Positions 8,366 to 17,781 of a stretch of 32,000 nt of DNA are shown one piece after another. Where the stretch lies: the NCBI GenBank assembly GCA_900234795.1, contig LT962688.1, positions 2,550,001 to 2,582,000 on the forward strand, written 5' to 3'. The first letter of the stretch is position 1. Each line of letters begins with the position of its first letter. The position numbers and the translations under genes are program-made. The stretch comes from Methylorubrum extorquens. Lineage in GTDB: Bacteria > Pseudomonadota > Alphaproteobacteria > Rhizobiales > Beijerinckiaceae. The notes below the pieces were generated by a model, which ran no database searches, had not been told where the DNA came from, and saw nothing but the letters and a program-made list of their open reading frames with translations.

Positions 8366-9313
8366 TCAGGTGTGGCGCTGGCGCCGCCGATGGACCAGTC
8401 CGATCCGGTCCGCGGGCGGTGTCTCGATGTCGAAGCCCGATAGCTCGCCGATGCCGCCGGCCTCGTCGAGGCCGCGCTCGGTCACCGCGATCCGGAAGCC
8501 GTTCTCACCCGGCGTGACCGTGTAGAGGTAGTAGGAGGCGCGCCGGTTGGTCAGCAGCGTGCGCGCCGAAGCCGAGGGCGCGCCGACCACCGGCACCGGA
8601 CGCCCGTCGGGCCCGGTGATCCGAGCCACGGTGCCGACATGGTTGTGCCCGTGCAGGATCAGGTCCGCCCCGGCCCGGCCGATCATCGCGGCGAAGGCGG
8701 CCGCATCCTTCAATTCGCGTCCCGAGGCCGCCCCGCCCGGATGGGGCGGGTGGTGGATCATCACCACGCGGCAGGGCCGATCGGGCGCTGTGGCGAGGTC
8801 GCGCAGCACGCGCTCGGCCGCCTCGATCTGCGCCGGCCCGAGCCGGCCGCTCGCGACGAACGGCTTGGTCGGGATCGCCGAGGACAGCCCCACCAGGGCG
8901 AGCGGCCCCCGCCGCCGCAGATAGGGAAAGAGGCGGATCTGCCCGTCGTCGGCCTCGGTCCAGCCGCCGCACGCGGCGAGCAGCCCCTCCAGCGAGCCGC
9001 GGACGTAGGCGTCGTGGTTGCCCGGCACGAAGCTCACGCGGTCCGCCGGACCCAGCGCTTCGAGAAACACCCGCGCGCTCTCCCATTCGTCCGGAAGGCC
9101 GAGATTGCACAGGTCGCCGGTGCAGGCGACATGGTCGACGCCCTGGCCGTGCAGGTCGGCGATGAGGGCGCCGAGCAGGTCCATGTCGTGGTGGCGGCTG
9201 CGGCCCCGACGCCAGTTCACGTAGCCGGCCGCCCGCTTGCTGAGAAGCTGGCGCAGGCGCGGCCGCGGCAGCGGCCCGACATGGGGATCGGTGAGATGAG
9301 CAAGACGGAACAT
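8366..9313 (-). CDS. Metallophosphoesterase (calcineurin-like)
   Basis: Start at ATG 9313 (MFRLAHLTDPHVG). Motifs DPH, GD(L)xN, GNHD and HHPP...HGHNH match calcineurin-like phosphoesterase metal-binding blocks. Confidence 0.85.
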   Translation of the reverse strand: MFRLAHLTDPHVGPLPRPRLRQLLSKRAAGYVNWRRGRSRHHDMDLLGALIADLHGQGVDHVACTGDLCNLGLPDEWESARVFLEALGPADRVSFVPGNHDAYVRGSLEGLLAACGGWTEADDGQIRLFPYLRRRGPLALVGLSSAIPTKPFVASGRLGPAQIEAAERVLRDLATAPDRPCRVVMIHHPPHPGGAASGRELKDAAAFAAMIGRAGADLILHGHNHVGTVARITGPDGRPVPVVGAPSASARTLLTNRRASYYLYTVTPGENGFRIAVTERGLDEAGGIGELSGFDIETPPADRIGLVHRRRQRHT

Positions 9314-9387
9314 ACGCGACCCCGCATCGCGGCAACGCGGGCCGGCGTCAATATCCGGCATCCTGCGGCATCAACCCCGATGCCGAC

Positions 9388-9416
9388 TTGGCTTTGCGTT
9401 GCTAGCTTCGTATAAC
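9388..9416 (+). promoter_or_regulatory. Candidate sigma-70 promoter for the DUF374-waaA-lpxK operon
   Basis: TTGGCT (9388-9393), a 17-nt spacer, then TATAAC (9411-9416), in the only AT-rich patch of this divergent intergenic region. Motif match only. Confidence 0.35.
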
Positions 9417-9550
9417 ACAGGTTAATATCTGAGAGCGGCTCCGTTGCGTCCACCGTACGGTCGGGTCTAGACAGCCGCCGACCCCGCATGTCGGCGCGGG
9501 AGGCCGACGGTCGGTCGATTGAGCGAATCGGGACAGAGCGGTCAGAACCC

Positions 9551-10300
9551 ATGGGCCTGATCAAGACCATCGGCCGCAAGCCGAGCGTCCAATGGGCGCT
9601 CAGCCATCTGGCCTCGGGCTATCTCCGGCTCGTCCGGCGCACCAATCGCTTCACCCTGGAGCCGGCAGACGCCTATGCGCGGCTCGATGCTTTCGGACCG
9701 TTCATCGCGGCCATGTGGCACGGCCAGCACATCATGATCTCGTTCATGAGCCGTCCGCAGGACCGGGTCGCCACGATCATCTCTCGCTCGCCCGACGGCA
9801 ACATCAACACCATGGCCCTGACGCGGATGGGGGTGCGGGTGATGCGCGCCTCCGGCGCCCGCGGTCGCGCGGTCAAGGACGCCCGCGCCAAGGGCGGCGC
9901 CGAGGGTCTGCGGGCCATGGTCAAGGCGCTGAAGGGCGGCGAGACCGTCGCGTTTTCGGCCGACGTACCCAAGGTCTCCCGTGTGTGCGATGCCGGCATC
10001 ATCCTGCTCGCCCGCTTCTCCGGCGCGCCCATCGTTCCGGTGGCGGTGGTGACGAGCCGGCATATCCGTTTCAATTCCTGGGACCGAGCCTGCCTCGGCC
10101 TGCCCTTCGGCCGCGGCGCCATGGTGTTCGGCGAGGCGACCTTCGTCCCCCGTGAGGTCACGCCCGAGGAGGTCGACGCCCTGCGGCAGCGGGTGCAAGA
10201 CGAACTGAACCGCGTCCACGACCGGGCCTACACCCTCGTCGGCCGGCCGGACCGGGTCGGCGGCGTGTCGGCGCCCGCATCGCAGGGCAGCCCGGCGTGA
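9551..10300 (+). CDS. DUF374 domain protein (lysophospholipid acyltransferase-like)
   Basis: Start set at ATG 9551 (MGLIKTIGRK...); alternative ATG 9488. Sequence and position directly upstream of waaA, with its stop overlapping the waaA start (GTGA), are typical of DUF374 genes in alphaproteobacteria. Confidence 0.7.
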   Translation: MGLIKTIGRKPSVQWALSHLASGYLRLVRRTNRFTLEPADAYARLDAFGPFIAAMWHGQHIMISFMSRPQDRVATIISRSPDGNINTMALTRMGVRVMRASGARGRAVKDARAKGGAEGLRAMVKALKGGETVAFSADVPKVSRVCDAGIILLARFSGAPIVPVAVVTSRHIRFNSWDRACLGLPFGRGAMVFGEATFVPREVTPEEVDALRQRVQDELNRVHDRAYTLVGRPDRVGGVSAPASQGSPA

Positions 10301-11601
10301 GGGTCCCGAAGCTTCCCGTCGCCCTGCGCGCCTACCGCTATGGACTCTATCTCGGCGAACCCGCCGTGGCGGGGCTGCTGGCGTGGCGCTCGCGCCGAGG
10401 CAAGGAGGATCCGGTCCGCCTGTCCGAGCGCCGCGGCCTTCCCGGCCGGGCGCGGCCGGTGGGCCATCTCGTCTGGATGCACGGGGCGAGTATCGGCGAG
10501 GCGCTTTCCCTCGTCGGGTTGATCGAGGGCATGATCGCCCGCGGCTGCTCGGTTCTCGTCACCACAGGCACGCGCAGCGCCGCCGACCTGCTGAGCAAGC
10601 GCCTGCCCCCCGGCGCCGTGCATCAATACATGCCGCTCGACGCGCCGCGCTGGATCGAGCGCTTCCTCGCGCATTGGCAGCCCGATCTCGCCATCGTCGC
10701 CGAATCCGAGATCTGGCCCAACACCATCGTGTCGCTGCACCGCCGGGGCATCCCGCTGGTGCTCGTCAACGGCCGGATGTCGGAGCGTTCGTTCAAGGCC
10801 TGGACGCGCTCGCCCGACACCGCTCGGGCGCTGCTGGCGCGGATCGCGGTCTGCCTCGTCCAGACCCGCGAGGACGGCGAGCGCTTCGCCCGGCTCGGTG
10901 CGCCGCGCATCAACGTCGTCGGCAATCTCAAATACGATTCGGCCGTGCCGCCCGCCGATTCCCAGCAGCTCGCCTATCTCGGCGACATGATCGGGGACCG
11001 GCCCGTCTGGGTCGCGGCCAGCACCCATGCCGGCGAGGACGAGGTCGTCGCCCGTGTCCATGCCGGGCTGAAGGCGCGTTTCCCGCGCCTGCTGACGGTG
11101 ATCGTGCCGCGCCATCCGCGCCGGGGCGAGGAGGCGGCGCGGATTGCCACCGCCGCCGGCCTGCGGGTGAGCCGGCGCGCCAAGGGCGGGCGCCCGCTGC
11201 CCTCGATCGACCTCTACGTCGCCGACACGATCGGCGAACTCGGCCTGTTCTACCGGCTCTGCCCCCTGGTCTTTCTCGGCGGCTCATTGGTGCCGCACGG
11301 CGGCCAGAACCCGATCGAGCCGGTGCGCCTGGACAGCGCGATCCTGCATGGGCCGCATGTCCACAACTTCCACGAACCCTACGGCGCGCTCGACACCAGG
11401 GGCGGCGCGCGCAGGGTCGCGGACGAAGCGGAGCTTCAGAAGGCCGTCGGCGAACTGGTCGCCGACCCGCGTGCGCTTGCGGCGATGTGGGCCAAGGGCC
11501 AGGCCGCGCTCCTGCCCTTCGAGGGCGCGGTGGCGCGCACTTTCGCGGTGCTCGAACCCTACGTCGCGCAGATGAAGCTCTCTGCGCGCGAGCGCGACTG
11601 A
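10297..11601 (+). CDS. waaA: 3-deoxy-D-manno-octulosonic acid (Kdo) transferase
   Basis: N-terminal block LVWMHGASIGEALSL, C-terminal GGSLVPHGGQNPIEP, and about 430 aa are characteristic of WaaA/KdtA. GTG start overlaps the upstream stop. Confidence 0.9.
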   Translation: MRVPKLPVALRAYRYGLYLGEPAVAGLLAWRSRRGKEDPVRLSERRGLPGRARPVGHLVWMHGASIGEALSLVGLIEGMIARGCSVLVTTGTRSAADLLSKRLPPGAVHQYMPLDAPRWIERFLAHWQPDLAIVAESEIWPNTIVSLHRRGIPLVLVNGRMSERSFKAWTRSPDTARALLARIAVCLVQTREDGERFARLGAPRINVVGNLKYDSAVPPADSQQLAYLGDMIGDRPVWVAASTHAGEDEVVARVHAGLKARFPRLLTVIVPRHPRRGEEAARIATAAGLRVSRRAKGGRPLPSIDLYVADTIGELGLFYRLCPLVFLGGSLVPHGGQNPIEPVRLDSAILHGPHVHNFHEPYGALDTRGGARRVADEAELQKAVGELVADPRALAAMWAKGQAALLPFEGAVARTFAVLEPYVAQMKLSARERD

Positions 11602-11608
11602 GGTCGCG

Positions 11609-12592
11609 ATGCGCCCGCCCGGCTTCTGGTCCCGGCCGCCCACGCATCCGCTCGCGCGGCTGTTGGCCCCCGCTGGCCGGGTCTATGGCGGCCTGACCGC
11701 CGACCGGATGGACCGGCCCGGCGCGGCACCGCCCTGCCCCGTCCTGTGCGTCGGCAACTTCACCCTCGGCGGCGCCGGCAAGACGCCGACGGCCCTCGCC
11801 CTCGTCCGCCTGCTGCGCGATCTCGGCCGAACGCCCGCCCTGCTGAGCCGGGGCTATGGCGGCCGGCTCGCCGGGCCGCTGGTCGTGGATCCGGCTCGGC
11901 ACGCGGCGGCGGAGGTCGGCGACGAGCCGCTGCTTCTGGCGCAGGCGGCGCCCACCATCGTCGCCCGCGACCGTCCGGCCGGCGCCCGCCTCTGTGCGGC
12001 GTCCGGCGCCGACGTGATCGTCATGGATGACGGCCTGCAGAATCCGAGCCTGACCAAGTCGCTGTCGCTCGCGGTGGCCGATGGGGGTGCCGGCCTCGGC
12101 AACGGCCTGCCCTTCCCCGCCGGACCGCTGCGCGCGCCGCTGGCCCGGCAATGGTCCCATGTCGCCGGCCTCGTGCTGGTCGGCGAGGGCAGCCCCGGCG
12201 AGGCGGCGGCGGCCGAGGCGGAGAGCCGCGGCCTGCCGGTCCACCGTGCCCGTCTCGTTCCCGAAGCCGGGCCGGACTGGGCCGGCCGCCGCGTCGTCGC
12301 CTTTGCCGGGATCGGCCGTCCGCAGAAGTTCTTCGAGACGCTGCGGAGCCTGGGCGCCGAGATTGGGGCGGAACGGGCCTTCCCCGACCATCATCCCTAT
12401 CGGCCGAAGGATTGGGCGGCTTTGTCGGCGCTCGCCGCGCGCGAGGGCGCCCGCCTCGTCACGACGGAGAAGGATGCGGTGCGCCTGCCGGCCGAGGCGC
12501 GCACGGCGGTGGCCGTGTTGCGGGTGACCCTCGCTTTTGCCGACGAAACGCGGCTCCGCCAACAGCTCGCAGCAGCCTTCCCGCACGCCTGA
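11609..12592 (+). CDS. lpxK: Tetraacyldisaccharide 4'-kinase
   Basis: FWSRPP...LLAP N-terminus and P-loop VGNFTLGGAGKTP, followed by RGYGG. Typical LpxK. Confidence 0.9.
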   Translation: MRPPGFWSRPPTHPLARLLAPAGRVYGGLTADRMDRPGAAPPCPVLCVGNFTLGGAGKTPTALALVRLLRDLGRTPALLSRGYGGRLAGPLVVDPARHAAAEVGDEPLLLAQAAPTIVARDRPAGARLCAASGADVIVMDDGLQNPSLTKSLSLAVADGGAGLGNGLPFPAGPLRAPLARQWSHVAGLVLVGEGSPGEAAAAEAESRGLPVHRARLVPEAGPDWAGRRVVAFAGIGRPQKFFETLRSLGAEIGAERAFPDHHPYRPKDWAALSALAAREGARLVTTEKDAVRLPAEARTAVAVLRVTLAFADETRLRQQLAAAFPHA

Positions 12593-12674
12593 CGTGGGCG
12601 CCGTTCACCGGCAGGAACCGGAGGCGGTCCGACCCCGTCGGTCGAGGTCGGGCGGCGGACGGCCCGTCCTGCCG

Positions 12675-12899
12675 TCAACGCGCCGCGCCGGTCTCCTTGA
12701 GGCGCTGCATCGCCGCCTCGGGGGTGGCATAGGCCTCCTGGCGATCGACGTTCCAGTAGCGCAGGGCGTCGAGGGCGATCGGCTCGCCGGTCACGGCGCA
12801 GCGCACGTAGGTGCCGGGCTTGACCACTCGCATGGTGCCGTCGCCGTACTCGACCTTGGCTTCGCCGCCGGTCGATCCCCGATCGTAGCGTCCGAGCAT
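12675..12899 (-). CDS. DUF2093 domain protein
   Basis: 74-aa ORF (EAKVEYGDGTMRVVKPGTYVRCAVTGEPIALDALRYWNVDRQEAY) resembling the small conserved alphaproteobacterial DUF2093 family. Recognition from memory. Confidence 0.6.
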   Translation of the reverse strand: MLGRYDRGSTGGEAKVEYGDGTMRVVKPGTYVRCAVTGEPIALDALRYWNVDRQEAYATPEAAMQRLKETGAAR

Positions 12900-13043
12900 T
12901 GTGTGGGCTCCCGGTGCCGCGCCCGCGCGCGATCGGCCTGCCTTAGAAGCCGTGCGCGCCGGTGTCGACCGTTGCCCCCTCGACAGGGCCCCTTTCCTCG
13001 GGCCAAACCGCAGGATGCACCGCGAACCGCTCAGGCCTCACCC

Positions 13044-13457
13044 GTGACCGAGCCCGATTTCGATGCCCTGTTCGCCGCGGCCGCCGCCGTGCGCGCACGG
13101 GCCCATGCGCCCTATTCGGGCTTCGCCGTCGGCGCCGCCTTGGTGGATGATGCCGGCCGCGTCCATGCCGGCTGCAACGTCGAGAACGCCGCCTACCCCG
13201 TCGGCACCTGCGCCGAGGCCGGCGCCATCGCCGCGATGATCGCGGCCGGCGGCCGGCAGATCCGGGCGATCCTTGTTCTCGCCGACAGTCCCGCCCCGGT
13301 GACGCCCTGCGGCGCCTGCCGCCAGCGCATCCGGGAATTCGCGCGTCCCGACACGCCGATCCTCTCGGCCGGTCCCGACGGCGTGCGGGCGCGCTACACG
13401 CTGGAGCAGTTGCTGCCCGCTTCCTTCGGCCCGGAGCATTTCGTCCATGGCGCCTGA
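13044..13457 (+). CDS. cdd: Cytidine deaminase
   Basis: GTG 13044 (VTEPDFDALF...) is in frame within ORF 12537..13457. Zinc-ligand motifs CAEAGAI and PCGACRQ plus APYSGFAVGAAL are typical of the homotetrameric Cdd. 137 aa. Confidence 0.88.
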   Translation: MTEPDFDALFAAAAAVRARAHAPYSGFAVGAALVDDAGRVHAGCNVENAAYPVGTCAEAGAIAAMIAAGGRQIRAILVLADSPAPVTPCGACRQRIREFARPDTPILSAGPDGVRARYTLEQLLPASFGPEHFVHGA

Positions 13458-14259
13458 CGACGCGGCCATCGCCCCTCTGCGCGCGGCAGGCTTTGCCGGC
13501 CCCTACGCCCTGGCGATCGTGACGGGGACCGGGCTCGGTGCCCTGGTCGAGGCGGTCGCGGATCGCGTCAGCCTCGATTACGCGGCGATTCCCGGCTTTC
13601 CCGCCCCCGGCGTCAGCGGCCATGGCGGCCGGCTGCATCGCGGGCGCCTGTCGGGGCGGCCGGTGCTCGTGTTCGAGGGGCGGACCCACGCCTACGAGAC
13701 CGGCGACGCTGCCGCCATGCGGGTGCCGCTCGCCGCCGCGCGGGCGCTCGGCGCGGCGCGGCTGCTGCTCACCAACGCCGCCGGTTCGCTGCGCCCGGAG
13801 ATCGGCCCCGGCCGCCTCGTGATGCTGGCCGACCACATCAACCTGTCCGGCCTCAATCCCCTGATCGGGGAGCCGAGCGACGCCCGCTTCGTGCCGATGA
13901 CGGAGGCCTACGATCCGGGCCTGCGCGCTCACCTCAGTGCGGCGGCCGAGGCAATCGGGTTGCCGCTGCCTACGGGCGTCTACGCATGGTTCTCGGGCCC
14001 GAGTTTCGAGACGCCGGCCGAGGTGCGCATGGCCGGGATTCTCGGCGCCGACCTCGTCGGCATGTCCACCGTGCCGGAAACGATCCTCGCCCGGTTCCTC
14101 GGCATGCCGGTGGCGGCGATCTCCGTGGTGACGAACCTCGCCGCGGGGATCGCGGGCGGAGACCCGCACCATGCCGAAACCAAGGCGGTCGCCGCCCGCG
14201 CCGGGGCGGATCTCGCCCGGCTCGTCGCCGGCTTCGTCGGCCGGCTGCCCGAAGCGTAG
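13447..14259 (+). CDS. Purine nucleoside phosphorylase (PNP/MTAP family, inosine-guanosine type)
   Basis: Motifs [40 protein letters not shown] and VGMSTVPE. Overlaps the cdd stop by 11 nt, indicating an operon. Confidence 0.9.
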   Translation: MAPDDAAIAPLRAAGFAGPYALAIVTGTGLGALVEAVADRVSLDYAAIPGFPAPGVSGHGGRLHRGRLSGRPVLVFEGRTHAYETGDAAAMRVPLAAARALGAARLLLTNAAGSLRPEIGPGRLVMLADHINLSGLNPLIGEPSDARFVPMTEAYDPGLRAHLSAAAEAIGLPLPTGVYAWFSGPSFETPAEVRMAGILGADLVGMSTVPETILARFLGMPVAAISVVTNLAAGIAGGDPHHAETKAVAARAGADLARLVAGFVGRLPEA

Positions 14260-14268
14260 GGAACACGG

Positions 14269-15042
14269 ATGACCGCTTCAGCCCCCCTCCCCCCGCAGGA
14301 TGCGGCCCGAGTCAGGGCGGATCTGGCGCGGCGCGCCCTGCCGCTGCTCGATCTCACCGACCTGAGCGACGCCTGCACCGCTGCCGCCGTCGAGGAGCTG
14401 TGCGAGAAGGCCCGCGCGAGCGGGGTCGCGGCCGTCTGTGTCTGGCCGCGCTTCGTCGCCGATTCGGTCCGTGGGCTTCGCGGAAGTGGCGTTCGGGTCG
14501 CCACCGTCGTCAACTTTCCGGAGGGCGGCGAGGCGGTGGAGCGCACGGTCGCGGAGACGCAGGCCACCCTTGCGGACGGCGCCGACGAGATCGACCTCGT
14601 CCTGCCCTATCGCGCTTTGATGCGCGGCGACGCGGAGAGTGCCCGTGCCATGGTGGAGGCCGTGCGCGCGGCCTGCGCGGGCCGGCTTCTCAAGGTGATC
14701 CTGGAGACCGGCGAGCTCGAAGACCCGGACCTGATCGCGCAGGCAAGCCGCCTGTCGCTCGAAGCCGGAGCCGATTTCATCAAGACCTCCACCGGCAAGA
14801 CCGTGGTCTCGGCGACGCTGCCGGCGGCCGAGATCATGCTGGACGCGATCCGTGCGCGCGGCGACGACCGGCCTGTGGGGCTCAAGGTCTCGGGTGGCCT
14901 GCGCCGGGTCGAGGATGCCGCCGCGTATCTCGCGCTCGCCGACCGGATCATGGGGCCGGATTGGGCGAGCCCGAACACCTTCCGCCTCGGCGCCAGCGCG
15001 CTCCACGCCGAACTCGTGCGCGCCGGCGAGGCTGCCCGATGA
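14269..15042 (+). CDS. deoC: Deoxyribose-phosphate aldolase
   Basis: LIDLTDL-type start (LLDLTDLSD) and Schiff-base lysine context DFIKTSTGK. 257 aa, the long DeoC form. Confidence 0.88.
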   Translation: MTASAPLPPQDAARVRADLARRALPLLDLTDLSDACTAAAVEELCEKARASGVAAVCVWPRFVADSVRGLRGSGVRVATVVNFPEGGEAVERTVAETQATLADGADEIDLVLPYRALMRGDAESARAMVEAVRAACAGRLLKVILETGELEDPDLIAQASRLSLEAGADFIKTSTGKTVVSATLPAAEIMLDAIRARGDDRPVGLKVSGGLRRVEDAAAYLALADRIMGPDWASPNTFRLGASALHAELVRAGEAAR

Positions 15043-16349
15043 GGCTTCCCCAGGAGATCATCCGCGACAAGCGCGACGGACGCGCCCTGTCGGAGGCCGA
15101 CATCGCCGGCTTCATCGAGGGGCTGACGCGGGATCAGGTCACCGAGGGGCAGGCCGCGGCGTTTGCCATGGCGGTGTTCTTCCGCGGTCTCTCGCTCGAC
15201 GAGCGCGTGGCGCTGACCCGCGCCATGACGCATTCGGGGACGGTGCTCGCGTGGGATCTGCCCGGCCCCGTCCTCGACAAGCACTCCACCGGCGGCGTTG
15301 GCGACACCGTAAGCCTTCCGCTTGCCGCGATGGTCGCGGCCTGCGGCGGCTACGTGCCGATGATCTCCGGGCGTGGCCTCGGACATACCGGCGGCACGCT
15401 GGACAAGCTCGCGAGCATTCCCGGCTACGACGTGACGCCGGGCCTCAATCGCTTCCGCAAAGTCACGGCCGAGGCCGGCTGCGCCATCATCGGCCAGACC
15501 GCCGAGCTCGCGCCGGCCGACCGGCGCCTCTACGCGATCCGCGACGTCACCGGAACGGTGGAATCGCTCGACCTCATCACCGCATCGATCCTGTCGAAGA
15601 AGCTCGCGGCGGGGCTCCAGGGCCTCGTCATGGATGTGAAGACCGGCTCCGGCGCCTTCATGGCCCGTCGCGAGGATGCGCAGGCGCTCGCCGAGAGCAT
15701 CGTGACGGTCGCCAACGCGGCGGGCCTGCGCACCCGCGCGCTCATCACCGACATGGATGCCCCCCTGGCCTCCTGCGCCGGCAACGCGGTCGAGGTGGCC
15801 TATGCCGTCGATTACCTCACCAGTCGCGCCCGCGAACCGCGCTTCCACGCCGTGACGATGGCGCTGGCCACCGAGATGCTGGTGATCGGGGGGCTGGCTG
15901 CAAACATCGCGGAGGCGGAGGGGCGGCTGACGGCGGCGCTCGAATCGGGCCGGGCCTGCGAGGCCTTCGCACGGATGGTGGCGGCGCTGGGCGGCCCCGG
16001 CGACTTCGTCGAGGCGGCAGACCGGCACCTGCCCCCGGCGCCGGTCGTGCGACCAGTGCTGGCGCAGGAAGCGGGCGTGGTGGAGGCGGTGGAGACCCGC
16101 GCCATCGGCCTCGCGGTGATCGACCTTGGCGGCGGGCGCACCCGGCCGCAGGATGCCATCGACGCCCGCGTCGGTTTCACCGGCCTCGCGCGGCCGGGCG
16201 ACCAACTGTCACCGAACGATCCGATCGGCATCGTCCACGCCGCGGACGATGCCGCCGCCAAGCGGGCAGCGGCATCGCTTCGGGCGGCCTATCGGATCGG
16301 TGCAACGCCACCGGAGCCACGCAAGGCCGTACTGGAGCGCTTGGGCTGA
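15039..16349 (+). CDS. deoA: Thymidine phosphorylase
   Basis: ATG 15039 overlaps the deoC stop (ATGA). [14 protein letters not shown]..., [10 protein letters not shown] and [15 protein letters not shown] are canonical DeoA motifs. Confidence 0.92.
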   Translation: MRLPQEIIRDKRDGRALSEADIAGFIEGLTRDQVTEGQAAAFAMAVFFRGLSLDERVALTRAMTHSGTVLAWDLPGPVLDKHSTGGVGDTVSLPLAAMVAACGGYVPMISGRGLGHTGGTLDKLASIPGYDVTPGLNRFRKVTAEAGCAIIGQTAELAPADRRLYAIRDVTGTVESLDLITASILSKKLAAGLQGLVMDVKTGSGAFMARREDAQALAESIVTVANAAGLRTRALITDMDAPLASCAGNAVEVAYAVDYLTSRAREPRFHAVTMALATEMLVIGGLAANIAEAEGRLTAALESGRACEAFARMVAALGGPGDFVEAADRHLPPAPVVRPVLAQEAGVVEAVETRAIGLAVIDLGGGRTRPQDAIDARVGFTGLARPGDQLSPNDPIGIVHAADDAAAKRAAASLRAAYRIGATPPEPRKAVLERLG

Positions 16350-16375
16350 GCGTCGGCTTCAGCCCGCCTCACGCC

Positions 16376-16702
16376 CTACCAGTGGTGGCGGTGGCCCCAG
16401 TGCCGGCGGTGATGGCCCCAGTGGCCGTGATGGTGATGGCGGTGGCCCCAGTGGCGGCGGTGATGCCCCCAATGGCCGTGATGGTGGTGGCGGTGACCCC
16501 AATGGCGGGGATGGTGACGGTGGCCGAAATGGTGGTGCTGCCATTGCACCGTCTCGACGGTCGCCTCCGAGGCGAGAGCCGCTTCCGGAGCCGGCGCGAG
16601 CGGAGCAGCGTTGGCGGTGCTCGCGCCGAACAGGCCGCCGGCCATCAGGGCCAGTGCGGCGAAGGCGAAGCGGGTTCGACGCCCCAAGGATGTGTCCGAC
16701 AT
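16376..16702 (-). CDS. Small exported histidine/tryptophan/arginine-rich repeat protein (unknown function)
   Basis: ATG 16702 is preceded by GGAGG at 7-nt spacing. Signal peptide MSDTSLGRRTRFAFAALALMAGGLFGASTANA|AP. The last 56 residues are 28 His, 9 Arg, 8 Gly and 7 Trp, with HWGHRHHHHGHWGHHRR repeated. Confidence 0.75.
   Translation of the reverse strand: MSDTSLGRRTRFAFAALALMAGGLFGASTANAAPLAPAPEAALASEATVETVQWQHHHFGHRHHPRHWGHRHHHHGHWGHHRRHWGHRHHHHGHWGHHRRHWGHRHHW
16379..16546 (-). repeat. 51-bp (17-codon) tandem coding repeat, about 3 copies
   Basis: Units 16390-16440 and 16441-16491 are near-identical (ggtggccccagtg.cggcggtgatg.ccc.a.tggccgtgatggtg.tggc). A degenerate third copy follows to about 16540. 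Confidence 0.85.
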
Positions 16703-16966
16703 CGTGTGACCTCCGTTCATCGGGCTGTCCCAACAGCCTTGACGACGAAGCTAGGAGCCGGCGGATGAACGCGCACTGAGCACGATCCGAACAATCGGAA
16801 ACAAGTCCGTTCGAGCCCAGCGGACACAGTTGGAAAGCCAGGCCGAAGCGTCCGGATTGCACCGGGCATGTGCCCGAGAACATCCGGATCAGGTCAGCGG
16901 CTTTTCGACGATATTCCGGTGCGTGGAGCCGGCTCTTCGCGGCTCGGCCTCGCCAGGTGTCCAGGA

Positions 16967-17647
16967 TCAGACCGTGCCGGCCTTCGGCTCCGGGCGCCGA
17001 TAAACCCAGACGCGGGCCGGGGGCAGGTTGAGCCAGACGCGGTTGGAGCGGCTCGCCGTGTAGCTGCCCGCCTCGCACTTCGCCGGGATCGGCGGCACGA
17101 CGGCGTAGGTGAACTGCACGAAGGGCGCGCCGGGATGCATCAGGTCGTGGGCGCCTTGCAGCAGTTCGAAGCGCTGCTCCAGCGGCTTGGTGAACAGGGG
17201 CAGGCTGGAGATCGTGGCGGCGCAGAGGCTGCCGAGCCGGTCGCGCAGCGTCTCGCGAATCCGATAGGCGTCGCCGCAGATCACGGTCACGCCGGGGAAG
17301 CGGCGGCGCAGCAGCGTGCAGAAATCGGGGTTGAACTCGACGAGGACGAGCCGGTCCTGATCGAAGCCGCGGCGGATCAGGGCCTCGGTCACAGGGCCGG
17401 TGCCCGGTCCAAGCTCGATCACGGGGCCGCTGACATTCGGGTCGGCATAGGCGGCCATGGTGCGCGCGAGCATCCGTCCCGAGGGTGTGACCGCGCCCGT
17501 GACGAGCGGACGCTCGAACCAGGAGCGCAGAAAGCGCGCCTCGTCCTCCAAGGGATCTTTGCGCTCACGGACGGTGCGTGCGGCGGAGACGGCGCGGGCA
17601 CTGGAACGGCGAAGCGGCGGCACGTCCGAAGGTCCTCGGCTCATCAT
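16967..17647 (-). CDS. pmtA: Class I SAM-dependent methyltransferase, phospholipid N-methyltransferase (PmtA)-like
   Basis: FLRSWFERPLVTGAVTPSG, SAM-binding VIELGPGTG, and the C-terminal NLPPARVWVYRRP resemble rhizobial PmtA-type phosphatidylethanolamine N-methyltransferases. Recalled similarity, not searched. Confidence 0.65.
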   Translation of the reverse strand: MMSRGPSDVPPLRRSSARAVSAARTVRERKDPLEDEARFLRSWFERPLVTGAVTPSGRMLARTMAAYADPNVSGPVIELGPGTGPVTEALIRRGFDQDRLVLVEFNPDFCTLLRRRFPGVTVICGDAYRIRETLRDRLGSLCAATISSLPLFTKPLEQRFELLQGAHDLMHPGAPFVQFTYAVVPPIPAKCEAGSYTASRSNRVWLNLPPARVWVYRRPEPKAGTV

Positions 17648-17714
17648 GGATCGAACAGGCTAGACGACGAAAACCCGTAAGCAGTCAAGCTTCGCCGTAA
17701 GGGGCTGGGCGTGG

Positions 17715-17737
17715 GACCGCGGCGGCAAGCCGCGGTC
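17715..17737 (-). terminator. GC-rich hairpin downstream of dnaJ (possible terminator, no U-tract)
   Basis: Perfect 9-bp stem GACCGCGGC 17715-17723 / GCCGCGGTC 17729-17737 with a 5-nt loop, 45 nt past the dnaJ stop. Confidence 0.4.
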
Positions 17738-17781
17738 ATAACCGGTGGAATGCGGGGTTTGATCCCGTCCGCCGCGAGCGA

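Noticed and set aside
16379-16546. Tandem 51-bp repeats considered as a possible CRISPR or non-coding satellite.
   Set aside because: There are no unique spacers between the repeats. The repeats are in frame inside an ORF with a strong RBS and a signal peptide, so this is a coding tandem repeat.
17670-17705. Direct repeat CCGTAAG ... CCGTAAG between pmtA and dnaJ.
   Set aside because: It is only 7 nt long with two copies and no associated structure. It is most likely chance.
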